A DNA stretch of 64,000 nucleotides from Pecten maximus (taxonomy: Eukaryota): assembly GCF_902652985.1 (NCBI RefSeq), contig NC_047021.1:35526001-35590000 (forward strand). The letters are read 5' to 3'. Under the pieces are notes generated by a model, which ran no database searches, was not told the origin of the DNA, and saw only the letters and a list, made by a program, of their open reading frames with translations. This document shows positions 38,981-51,560 of this stretch, piece by piece. Position 1 is the first letter of the stretch, and every line of letters begins with the position of its first letter. Position numbers and translations under genes: made by a program.

Positions 38981-41559
38981 CTTAAGAACGGAGTTGGCTA
39001 GACTTTTGAACCCATGAAAACCCATTTGGGGAGCCCGACTGGTCCTTGCTTTACATTTGCCAACACTCTATCTATACCTACATATGTTCTACAAAGATAA
39101 GACGATTTATAGCACTATGTGAAATAATGGACTAGAAATACATATGGGAAACAAGGAGCTGGAGACAAATGTGACCATTTAAGGGGGTTTTCTATGACAG
39201 ATCAAGACACATTGACCAGACATTTCTTTTCCTTACATTAGTACATTAGAAATGCATGTCTTATATTGTGACAATGATACAAGGCTACTACATATTTGTT
39301 GGAAATGTAAGGTTTCGTAAAAACATATTTGTATGAAAATATAGAATGACTTCTGTTTATGCAATACAGACGTATGTAACCACTTCTTCGTTTGTAACAG
39401 TTATGGAGATCAGAAAGTAAAATAGCACCGTAAACTGAAGCATTTAATACTACAAATCCTGCAGATGTTACTACATAAATGTGAAGATTTATTTCTAGAA
39501 GACCAGTGGATTAAAAACTTTTGCCTTTCTTCCAAATACAGAAAATAAGAAAATGAATATCAATATTATATACAAATATTGTTACTTTTGTTGTATCTAA
39601 TGTTACTCTTTGTCTTTCTCCACTCTGTTTGTGTCCCTCTCTCCGTCTCTCTAATATACATGTAACACCCTATAAAAATGTATATTGTAAAATGCTATTG
39701 AAAAAGGGCTTGATATCAGATGGAAAACCCTATTCCCGAGTATATAAAACATGAGGTAAGGTTTAAGTGTTGTCTAAACAAGCCATGGCCGAAATTTCCC
39801 CAAATCATGTCAGGATAAATTGATGTGAAAATCTCTGCAGAGGTTTTGGGGATTAGAAAATATCAACATGATAGAGAAACTAGAACAAACAAAAAACAAA
39901 CAATAAAAACCCCAGAAAATACTCAAATTAAACTGAAAAAGTAAGTAGACTGGAAAACCAACAGAGATATATTAACGAAACCTTAATTTGAAATAATAAT
40001 CGATAAAACGAGGAGAAATCAACAAAGAGTAGCGACATTATAACGAATAACGAAATCTTAATTTAACTAATAATCGATAAGACCAGAGAAAAAATATACG
40101 AAAAAAGGTTTGCATGGATGACCTTGAATGTATTAAAGGGTAAGCGTCTTCTGCTTCGATGACGTCACCCACAGTACAAATCTAGGCCAAATCTTGGTTA
40201 AGTCACGTTCAACGAATCAACCAGGCATATCGACGAGCTTCAGTCACGTTCAACGGTACCACAAGGCATATCAACGAGCACCAGTCACGTTTGTCAAAGT
40301 CAAATGGTATATGGGAGCAAACAATTTTTCCAATATATACATGTATATATGAGGACTGTTCTATATATGTACGTACGCTACAACAAGAAAACGTGCACTC
40401 TGGACAACAATACTGGTATAAGTATATCTAAAACTACCCGACGTGAAAGTTTATCGATGCTGGACATTCTAAATGGGCATCAGGCGAAAAGATAGAATTG
40501 ATGTTTGTTGGTTAAGGATAAGAAGGAATTCGTATAGACTGATAGTCAACTAAATATTTCTGACATTGAGACTGGATTTATTTTTTTAAGATACTGAAGT
40601 AAATATGTTTCTAAGATGCAAGGAAAATAAATAAAAAACTTAAACAGAAATAGAAACATGTTCCTTTTTTATGATATATATATATATATATTTACAACGA
40701 ATCTGAAAACATGCTTACGGTACATCTCTGAATTGAGAGAATTCCTTTAAGACAGAAAACTGTTTTACAGAGAAAAATATTATATTGCTTGTTTTATTAC
40801 TAACATCACTTAATAAACAACATATATCTAGCCATGAAATCATAACGAGACGATACTATTAAACTGTTCCAATATAGTAGTTAAGCTAGAATTAACAGAG
40901 ATGCAAACCTATTTGGATCAAGCCAATATTTAATTATTTCCAATCCTTCGCTGTAATTTTAATATTTCGTATTAGAAGGAATGAGAAATGATCAATTTAA
41001 ATCTAACTACTCTAACCTCAGCACTAACACTGAAAGTTTACCGAAATTATTACTACAAGGTTATATAGAGGACATTCTAAATATAAAAATCTAAATGTTA
41101 TCAGCGACACATCACAGTATTTACGACTTTTATTTAAACTCCTCGATAACTCGTGGTGACGTTGGAATTGTATCTGCAGTACAAACCTGCCCTCTCATGC
41201 ACAATACAGTGCAGGTCATTCACCGAACTACGCGGCTATGTGCACACATCGTCGGGTCTAGTGCATTTTATAGAACGTTAAAAGCGACGTGCGGAATGTC
41301 ACGTGCATTTTGAGTTCATAATGCTTCATACATGTATGTGTATATACTGTTTATCACAAAATGATATAGAATGACACATGATATGCAAATATGTCTAATT
41401 TACACCAACAAATGAAAGAAGCAATAACAACGTCCTAAATACTATAGAACTTATTCAGGACGCAGTTGATTAATTATTGACAACAATTTTGAAAAATGTA
41501 AAGAAAGTTCAAACTTTTGGAAGGATTGTAGTAGTGTTACATATGTGGTGGAATGGTAA

Positions 41560-42190
41560 ATTATATAACGTTTAGAAAGGGTAGTAGTAGTGTAAAGTAT
41601 GTTACGGTTTGAAGGTGGTAGTAGTGTAAAGTACATGTATGTTGCTTTTGGAGGGTGGCAGTAGTGTAAAGAATGCAGCGTTTGAAAAGGTGGTGCTAGT
41701 GTAAAGTATGTAAATTTAGAAAGGTGGTAGAAGTGTAAAGTATGTAAAGTTTGGAAGGATGGTAATAGTGTAAAGTATAACTTTTGGAGGATGGTAATAG
41801 TGTAAAGTATGTAACTTTTGGAGGATGGTAATAGTGTAAAGTATGTAACTTTTGGTGGGTGGTAATAGTGTAAAGTATGTAAAGTTTGGAAGGATGGTAA
41901 TAGTGTAAAGTATAACTTTTGGTGGGTGGTAATAGTGTAAAGTATGTAAAGTTTGGAAGGATGGTAATAGTGTAAAGTATAACTTTTGGTGGGTGGTAAT
42001 AGTGTAAAGTATGTAAAGTTTGGAAGGATGGTAATAGTGTAAAGTATAACTTTTGGTGGGTGGTAGTAGTGTAAAGTATGTAAAGTTTGGAAGGATGGTA
42101 ATAGTGTAAAGTATAACTTTTGGTGGGTGGTAGAAGTGTAAAGTATGTAACGTTTGGAAGGTGATAGTAGTGTCAAGTACGTAACTTTTT
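41560..42190. repeat. Minisatellite of alternating 35/33-bp units (68-bp higher-order repeat)
   Basis: GGTAATAGTGTAAAGTATGTAAAGTTTGGAAGGAT alternates with GGTAATAGTGTAAAGTATAACTTTTGGTGGGT. Confidence 0.95.
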
Positions 42191-43362
42191 GTATGATATG
42201 TATATATACAAACTATTCTTATTTTCAATCGATCACAATTACTCTATGTTGGAGAATCACAGTTTATTACCACTATTTTTTCCCCTTGTAGTTAAGTATA
42301 TTTTACTTGATTAAAACATGGTATGTATAATTAAGCTATTGAAATTCCTGCCACCTACCGATATTGAAATATCAACTATTTATTTATATGCATGTGCATA
42401 TGAGTAAACAGAACAATTGTAAAATAATATTTATTTGGCCTATCAATGTCACTTGTCAATCACCTGCTATTGTTGTATTATTGACACAGTAACGACGAAA
42501 ACTATCTACATAAGCTGTTAGTGATGTCTGTTGACGAAGACCATCTGGATTATAATATTATTCATTGACTGCACAAATGACACGCAAATTTATACCAATA
42601 TCTTTGATACTCAATTTAATCTTTTATAGATGCGCAATAATGAATATTAGATTACAAAATAGAACTTCCATCACGACATTCCGTATTTATATATTTACAA
42701 AAAAGTCACTGTGTTGTGTCCAGCTGTTTTGATCATTTTGTTTCGCGATAGAACATTTTTATATAGGTAATGCTGTAGTTGTATTTTAGCTGGTTTACCT
42801 TTATAAAGGTGAACCCAATTGTGTAACATATCACAGCGGTGTCAAAACATTTACACGTGCACAAACAAGATGATCATAAGACCTTTCTTAACAATAATAC
42901 GTTTCCCATATATCTACATATATAAAACCAAAATATATATTATTGATATTATTGTTTATGTTCAGAGTTATATGTAACAAATACACTGTATTTGTTCTAT
43001 ACACAAATGCAACAGAGCGAATGGTGACATACATGCAAATATATAGTGATATTTTCAAATGATTTGTCGTTCGGAATTATTCTTTCAAAAATGTAAATAC
43101 GTATTCAAATATACTGCAAAGCTGTGATACGAAGATAAAATTTTATATTTCGTTGTATAAGCAGCAAACTAACTCATAAAATGAGGATGTGATTTAAGTT
43201 TTTTGCATTTTGCAGACATTTTCTCCGGCTGCTTTTGGATATAGCTTCATTGGTGATTCAATTTAACAAAGGTTTAGTTAGAATCGAATAGCTTGCTAGA
43301 TAACTGTAGTGTATGCAATGTTCTGTTCATTACTCGAACACATCTTTGGTAGATATACTTAC

Positions 43363-44449
43363 GGACTGGCATATGGTAATACTGGAACCCTGCTTCTTCC
43401 AGAACCTGTCTTTCCCGGTCTTCGTTATAACCAATCTCGTCTCCGAACTCACCGGAGTTTCTCGCTTCGAAGTTTACGCCCGAATCTTCGGCGATGAAAG
43501 AGTTTTCTCTTCCCGAGTCGAGAACGATTCCTTTAAGGGTGTCCGGGATTTGTCTCGGACCTGTCTCTTTGCTGCCGTACGTCGGTGTGCCGTCTTTGAC
43601 GTTGATGAGAGTTACTTGCTCTTGTGAAGGATTTCCGTTTTCGTCATCGACACCCATTCTCATATTGATCACATGGATGAAGCCATCCATTTTTAACTTT
43701 TCCAAATGACTTTCGCGTATTTGTCCGGCTGTATACCAGTTCTTATAGACAGGGTGCGCCATCCAATAATCGTACCACACTTTTGGTACCACGTTTGGCG
43801 ACGGTACATTTTCCGGGATGACTTCGCCGGTTATTTCTGCAGCAGTCTTCCGCGTAAAGTCCATAGTAAAATCTATGCCCATGACAGAGGCCATCTTATA
43901 AAATTTCTGTATATCCATTCGCGGTGAGTAATTTGGGTCTTGTTTTGAAGCATTAGCCATGTGCATCATTGTTACAAAGGATATCGTATAGGCTCGGTGA
44001 CAATGAAGTAGAACTGGTTTTTCTAAAGTCGGCATGATCGCAGATAATTTGTCCACGGCTTGAACTGAAGCCCAATCTGAATTTCCAGATTCCAGAACAA
44101 CCCGATGCTGAAGTCCAGCGTGTTTAGCAATTTTTGCAGCCTCGTCGCTCGTTGGGAGATACTCATCGCCGATGTTTGATGGCTCATCGTAATGGTACAA
44201 AGAGACAATGCTTTTGAATCCCCCGTCTGCTGCGTATTTGATCTGACGTTCGGATAACCGTCCAGCGACGTGAAAGTCGGGTGTCAATTCTTTGGCCCAC
44301 CATAGCTTCTTTGGAGCCCGTAATCCTGGAGCACCTCTCTGTACTAAGGTATCCACATATGTACGGCTTGGCTGTTGCACGTTGGCAGCTCGTAAAGGTG
44401 AGACGAATAGTCTTAAAGAAACCAAACGTAATGCCAAAGCCAGTGTCAT
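43363..44449 (-). CDS. Tandem DUF442-like protein, copy C: intact first coding exon (1087 nt, phase 1), probably spliced to copy B exons 2-3
   Basis: Colinear with copy B exon 1, same donor (ATGCCAGTCC|gtaagt), many synonymous differences and no stops. No exon 2/3 homologs were seen between 36.4 and 43.3 kb. Confidence 0.88.
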
Positions 44450-44560
44450 GATTACAACCTGGTTTTGGAAACTTAGCTGTGTATACAGAATACAGCCAAA
44501 TTCTGGGTCGTTAATGACCCCGGATGTCTAACTCTGCCTCTGCGCACACACATACAGTTC

Positions 44561-44574
44561 TATATATGACGTCA
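44561..44574 (-). promoter_or_regulatory. Putative TATA box with abutting CRE (TGACGTCA) upstream of copy C
   Basis: TATATA at 44561-44566, about 112 bp upstream of the ATG, and the TGACGTCA palindrome at 44567-44574. Confidence 0.4.
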
Positions 44575-45023
44575 GTGCCTGAAAGGCATATGCTAAAGTG
44601 TGGTCTAAATAAAGACTTTTTGGTTTTGTTTTTAAACAATACATTATTCGAACATACTTACACACTACTTCACAATACACTTACATCTATGAGTTGGTTG
44701 TAAAACAACCTATAAGCTTATATCAATTTCTCTCCTAATATTTTGTGTCTTTTTGACAACAAAAGAAGTAAGAAGTATTGATATCACCTAAAATGTATGT
44801 TAACTTTTGTATTTGAAGTTGAAAGAATTTTTTATTCAGATAAACGTAAGTTTTTTTTCAGTATTACCTCAACCATTAAACGTTTTGAGAAGAAAATATG
44901 GGACTGCCTAGTGTATAAATCTAATGTGAAGTTTCGTTTCAAAACCCTGTTATGTATTATTTTCATACATAAGCATTCCGTCGCGTGATATTTAATATAG
45001 CGGAATTTTGAATATTGCTCGCA

Positions 45024-45082
45024 GGTTTGGTTTGGTTTATTTTGTATAACGTCCTATTAACAGTTAAGGTCATTTAAGGATG
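45024..45082 (-). mobile_element. 3'-end fragment of the SINE family seen at 54-54.6 kb
   Basis: AACGTCCTATTAACAGTTAAGGTCATTTAAGGA resembles 54067-54099, with an (AAACC)n tail on the minus strand. Confidence 0.7.
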
Positions 45083-45595
45083 TAAATGATCATCACTTTT
45101 GCTTTAAATATTTCCTTTGTTTTATGTGTATGGTAGTTTTGAAATAATATTTTGTAAATCATCGATACAATGTAATCTTATTCTGTTAATTTTATTGGTT
45201 AAGTCATATTATATACGATATATTCATGAAAAATATCTGGCTTTCAGGGAGGTTGCCCTCAAGATGAAAACAGGAGTTTAAACAAAAATAGAAATAATGT
45301 AGCCGTAGCAATATGTATAACATATAACACGTTTTGACTATAACGAGCTATACATGAAATGTATGAATTCCGGTACCGTGGAAACTTAACTGTATCTTAA
45401 AGTAGGTACAAAAAGACCATTTTGAAAGAAACAAATACCATCTTCACACAAGACAGTACGGTTAGTGAAATTGAGTATGTGGTGGTTTTAAGGGTGCATG
45501 TTTGGAGTTAGAAGATTTCAGGGTTGGGCGAGTTGTGTTAAGTCACAGCCGATGTATCACTACATTGATCGTACTAGTATTAATCTGCTATCAAA

Positions 45596-45782
45596 TACTG
45601 TAGAACCTCGTTATCTGGAAGCAAAAAGGAGTCATGAAAAATTTCCGAATATTCCGAGTATTCGAGATAACCGAATGTATTTTACTATATGGAACTTTTA
45701 CTGTTAGGACTGGATTTTTAATTCAAGTTAAATAGGATCTTGGGTTTATCAAAGTTCAAGATAACAAAGTTTGACTACAGTA
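45596..45782. mobile_element. Tc1/pogo-type MITE
   Basis: Imperfect TIRs TACTGTAGAACCTCGTTATCT / AGATAACAAAGTTTGACTACAGTA with TA ends. Confidence 0.55.
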
Positions 45783-46225
45783 TACTAGAGACAGATGACA
45801 AGACAAGATCAGAACACCAAGTCTAATAAAGAGCACGGGCGCACACAAAGGCCAGACCGTATTTTATATCATGCTCTCAATGCTTAGATTATTGATAACA
45901 GCATACACTGTCAACCCAATACATACCAAAATGGATTTGAATTGATTACCGCCATGTGCAGCGAAGCTTTACATTGCAATACATTTAGTACATCTATGTG
46001 AATATAAATGTTCCGTCTTGTCTACGTGACAAACACAGAATATACTTATTAGAAATTTGTATTTAAAATACCTACAGACCACAGATAGTAATTCTAGAAC
46101 AACGAGGCAGTGTGTATGTTGCTATTAAAAGGATTTAAATACAAAATCAAATCGCATATGGTTACCTCGAACTAGAAACTTCAGTAGATTATGAAGTTGG
46201 TATTTGTTGCAGGGTTGCAACAGGG

Positions 46226-46406
46226 TTGAAGAGAAATTGATATCACCATGCGATCATGCAATGAGTTACAAAACTTTTATTTACTTAATATTTAATAAAA
46301 CAAATATTAAGTATATATATGTAAAATACACTCTGCAGTTCGTAGCTAAATCATCATGTATTGTAACCCATTGCATGATAGCATGGTGATATCGATTTCT
46401 TCTCAA
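46226..46406. mobile_element. MITE-like element with about 45-bp inverted termini
   Basis: GAAATTGATATCACCATGCGATCATGCAATGAGTTACAA versus TTGTAACCCATTGCATGATAGCATGGTGATATCGATTTC. Confidence 0.75.
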
Positions 46407-47459
46407 TTTTCAAATAGGATTTCCCCTTCATTATCATATAATGGAATTTTAACTCCAGCATGATACTTATTTATTGCTGTCTTAACAATTTCGTTCTAAT
46501 ATATTCAATCAAAACAATATGTAGAAAACACACTGGTGAATACTTTAGCGCAGATAAAATGAAATAATGATTGTATGTATGTCATGACATAAAGTATACA
46601 TTCTGATGTCGATATGCGAGACACTACGTCTTACTGACCAAAGAATTTGTTCTCTGAAAAAAACCTCGTATTGTCATAGTCAAAGTCCTATGACCTATAA
46701 TATAATATTCACGTGAAATATATGTGTCTAGTTTTCAAGGACACGACTGTTAAACCGAGTAATTGGATTAAAAAAATACCTTACCTTTTTTTTTTTTTTT
46801 TTTTTTACATTTTACTCTCATGATCGTTATTAAGTAGATATTGACGATTATTTTCTGCCAACTCATTATGATCGTAGCAAAAATAATAACCTACCGATTT
46901 CCAACATACAAAATCAAATTTCCAAGGTAATATTCAAGGTAAAAGAAAGTTTCATACATGGTTTTCCATTACACATGATATAGTTATATTAATTAAAACA
47001 GACGATGTTTTTGTGAGGAAATATCATAGATCCTAGCATTTAATAATTATATGACACTTTGTACGGAACCAGGACGAGTTCAGAGTTCTATGTGCCAACA
47101 CACAACGATACTATGGGAACGAAAATCTGGTATCCTGCTTTGTAACTCAACATATGTAGATTTAAATGTCTGCTATGACCTCCTTAGCGTATCTCGAATG
47201 GTTCGGTTTCTCTGACGTCTAAGGAATGTTTCATTCAAAATTTGGTTTAGAGAGAAGTTACACATTTTCTGAACGAAACAAACACATGCGATAAAAAACG
47301 ACACAAAATGATGATAATGACGAATATATATTTTAAATCAGATTCATTAATAACTTTCCTATAATCTTTTCTGATTGCTGAGTGGTAAGCTCTGCTGGCG
47401 AACTTGAAGTCTCCAAGGTTTGCCGTGATCTGGTCATCATTTCTAAATTCTGATGGATG

Positions 47460-50400
47460 GTGACAGTGGTCCGAATGACTACACCTCGGTTTGTATATTT
47501 CTAACAATGTGATTTCCTTAGCACACTTTCTGGATGAATTCTGGATACTCCATACAGGGCCGGTGCGATTTCGCATTTGTTTTCGCATCATGGGATTTGA
47601 GAGCTTAAATCTTTCCTTTCTTTCCTCATTGCTCATTGCTATGTCTTTCTGTGCTTTGAATCCCTCTATAGGTATCTGCTAGCACACGTTCTAATATGAC
47701 TCTGGCTGTTGCAATGACATAACCTCTGGTTATTAAACTAATCAAGCATTTTAATCATGCAATTTCATAATCATTATGCAGCATGCGCTGCAGCTAAACC
47801 TAATTCATTATAAAAGGACATGTTCACTTTCATATCTGTTGTAAAATCTATTGTTTTTTTCTCCTGAATACATGACAAATATACAGAAATTACATACAAA
47901 TGAATGTGTTCTATTATGACAATGTATGTCATAGCTTATCTATTGTCTAAATCGAATGTTGTAACAATTGATATCCATTGTTCTCTTATTAGCTGTAAAA
48001 TATCATACTCTAGCTGTCAATCTTGTTGCAGTACAATCATGTACATATATATGTCACATATGTAACATTGACCCGACCCCTCAACAAAACTGATGTGTTA
48101 ATGGCCCAATTTCCGTATTATTGTTCTCGCGTAGTTCTTCATTGTAATATATGGTTGTCCTGGAAACCATAGATCGTGATTGTAAATTAGAAATGTTCTC
48201 TGCTATATGGTTCAATTTTTTTCCAGATAACGTTATCATTTGTGTATGTTATGTCATGAAATAAGTCTCTTATTTTTGTCTGTGCAGAAGTATCCAACTT
48301 GTCCGCATTCTACATATATTTAAAGAACATTATTATAAGTTGTAAAAATGTAACTATGATTTATTTAGATGCTGTCAATGTGTTTGATGTTAAGATGTTT
48401 TGTCAATGTGTTTGAATTCTTGCTTTATACAGCACATACTAAAATTGTGTAAACATTACATCTATATTTGTAAAGTGCGATAACCTCTACGGTATTAATA
48501 GTCGCTGTAAGAAAACATAAGGGACATAACTGTGTATGGTTTGGATGATATTCACAAAATAATCTGTTTTAAATGTCATGTTATGGAGTTGACTTTATGG
48601 AAGCAAGTTTACGTCTAATTTAGAGCGTACCGAATCACATTTCACATTAATTGTTGTTATATTCTTTACTTACCGGACAGCCACGTCCTAATCTCATTCT
48701 CCTCAATAAATGAGATTGAGGGGAATCTCAGTCCCCTTAATAAATGAGTTCAAGTAAAAAAGATGAAATATATATTCTCCATGGTTTGCGTTATCTGGGG
48801 GATAGTGACAGTGGTCCGAATATACACACGCGTTTCATGTTACAAAACTACACCTCGGTTTGTATATTTCTAACAATATGATTTCCCTAGCATATTTTCT
48901 GGATGAATTCTGGATCCTACCTGTGGGGTCGGGCGATTTCTCCTTTGTTTTCAGATCAGGGGATTTCAAAGATCCCAAATTAGGGGCCGCAGAATCCCTC
49001 TGCAAGGCGACTAAAAGTGGGCCCCTGAAGTAATCGGGATGTTTTCTCCTGTCTACTATTTAGGGAATATTGAAGAAGTCTGCCCCATGGCAACACCTGG
49101 GATCTTAGATCTTTCCTATCTTTTTGCATTACTATGTCTTCTGTGCTTTGAATCCCTCTATAGGTATCTCCTAACACACGTTCTCATATGACTCTGGCAG
49201 TTGCAAGGACGTAACGTCTGGATATTAAACCAATCAAGCATATCTACCATGTAATTTCATAATCACTATTCGGCAAGCGCTGCATCGAATTATTATTTCA
49301 TTATAAAAGGATCTGTTCACTTCTCTGTTTTAAAAGCTATTGTTTTTTACCTGAATACATGAGAAAAATATACAGAAATTACATACAAATGAGTATGTTC
49401 TATTAAAACAATGTATGTCATTACTTATCTATTGTCTAAATCGAATGTTGTAACAATTGATATCCATTGTTCTCTTATTAGCTTATGTCACATATGTACC
49501 TTTGACCTGCACCCTCAACAAAACTGATGTGTAAATGGTCCAATTTCCGTATTATTGTTCTCGCGTAGTTCTTCATTGTAATATATGGGTGTCCCGGAAA
49601 CCATAGATCGTGCTTGTAAATTAGAAATGTTCTCTGCTATATAGTTCAATTTTATTCCAGATAACGTTATCATTTGTGTATGTTATGTCATGAAATAAGT
49701 CTCTTATTTTTGCCTGTGCAGAAGTATCCCACTTGTCCGCATTCTACATAGTTTTATATTTAAAGAACATTATTATAAGTTGTAAAAATGTAACTACGAT
49801 TTATTAAGATGCTGTCAATGTGTTTGATGTTAAGATGTTTTGTCAATGTGTTTGAATTCTTGCTTTTTACAGCACATACTAAAATTGTGAAAACATTACA
49901 TCTATATTTGTAAAGTGCGACAACCTCTACGGTATCAATAGTCGTTGTAAGAAAACACAAGGGACATAACTGTGTATGGTTTGGATGATATTCACAAAAT
50001 AATCTGTTTTAAATGTCATGTTATGGAGTTGACTTTATGAAAGCAAGTTTACGTCTAATTTATAGCGTACCGAATCACATTTCACATTAATTGTTGTTAA
50101 ATTCTTTACTTACCGGACACCCACGCCCTAATATCATTCTCCTCAATAAATGAGATTGAGGGGAATCTCAGTCCCCTCAATAAATGAGTTAAAGTAAAAA
50201 AGTTAAAATATATATTCTCCAAGGTTTGCGTTATCTGGGGGACAGTGACAGTGGTCCAAATATACACACGCGTTTCATGTTACAAAACTACACCTCGGTT
50301 AGTATATTTCTAACAATATGATTTCCCTAGCATATTTTCTGGATTAATTCTGGATCCTACCTGTGGGGTCGGGCGATTTCTCCTTTGTTTTCAGATCAGG

Positions 50401-51560
50401 GGATTTCAAAGATCCCAAATTAGGGGCTGCAGAATCCCTCTGCAAGGCGACTAAAAGTGGGCCCTTAAGTAATCGGGATTTGATTTCTCCTGTCTACTAT
50501 TTAGGGAATATTGAAGAATTCTGCCCCATGGCAACACCCGGGATCTTAAATCGTTTCTTTCCTTTTTCATTGCTATATCTTTTTGTGCTTTGAATCGCTC
50601 TATAGGTATCTCCTAACATTCGTCCTAATATGACCCTGGCTGATGCAATTACCTCTGGATATCAAACCAATCAAGCATTTTTATCATGGAGTTTCATAAT
50701 CATTATTCGGCATGCACTGTATCGAATTTTAAATTGATTATAAAAGGACCTGTTTACTTGTATATCGGTTGTGAAATCTATTGTTTTTTCTCTTGAATAC
50801 ATGACAAATATACAGAAATTACATACAAATGAGTGTGTTCTATTATGACAATGTATGTCATTACTTATCTATTGTCTAAATCGAGTGTTGTATCAATGTA
50901 TATCCATTGTTCTCTTATCAGTTGTAAAATATACTCCAGTTGTCAATCTTGTTGCAGTACATATACATGTCACATATGTAACATTGACCTGACCTCCTCA
51001 ACAAAATTGATGGGTTACTGGTCAAATTTCCGTATTAATGTTTTCGTGTAGTTCTTCATTGTAATATATGGGTGTCCTGGAAACCATATAACGTGCCTGT
51101 AAATAAGGAATGTATATGGTTCAATTTTATTCCCAGATTAAGTTATCATTTGTGTATGTTATATCATGAAATAAGTCTTTGTTTTGTCTGTGCACAAGTA
51201 TTTGTCCGCATTTTAGATACTTTTATATTTAGAGAACATTATTACAAGATGTGAAAATGTTAACCATGATTTATTTAGATGCTGTCAAGGTGTTTGATAC
51301 TAAGAAAATAATACATTTATATTTGTAAAGGATGACAACCTGCACGGTATTCAAAGTGTTTGTAAGAAAACACAAGGGACATAACTCTGTAAGGTTTGGA
51401 TATGATGTTCACAAAATAATCTGTTTTAAATATCATGTTATAGAGTAATGACTTTAAGAAAACAAGTTTATGTCTTAATTATAGTATACACAAACACAGT
51501 TCACACTTATTGTTGTAAAGTTAACTTACCGCACAACCACGCCCTAATCTCATTCTCCCC
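47460..51560. repeat. Tandem triplication of a unit of about 1.35-1.44 kb
   Basis: Units begin GTGACAGTGGTCC at about 47460, 48805 and 50245, with long colinear identity throughout. Confidence 0.95.

Noticed and set aside
41150-41280. Possible private exon 2 of copy C or a TATA-led exon
   Set aside because: No similarity to the exon 2/3 peptides, an in-frame stop and a weak donor.
41451-42228. 241-aa and 170-aa ORFs
   Set aside because: Products of the 33/35-bp minisatellite.
43274-43362. C-terminal extension of the 391-aa ORF (likewise 15111-15190 and 35313-35320)
   Set aside because: Intron read-through: paralog similarity stops exactly at conserved gtaagt donors.
47247-47636. 129-aa ORF overlapping the triplicated unit
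   Set aside because: The frame is not preserved in units 2 and 3, and there is no recognisable domain.
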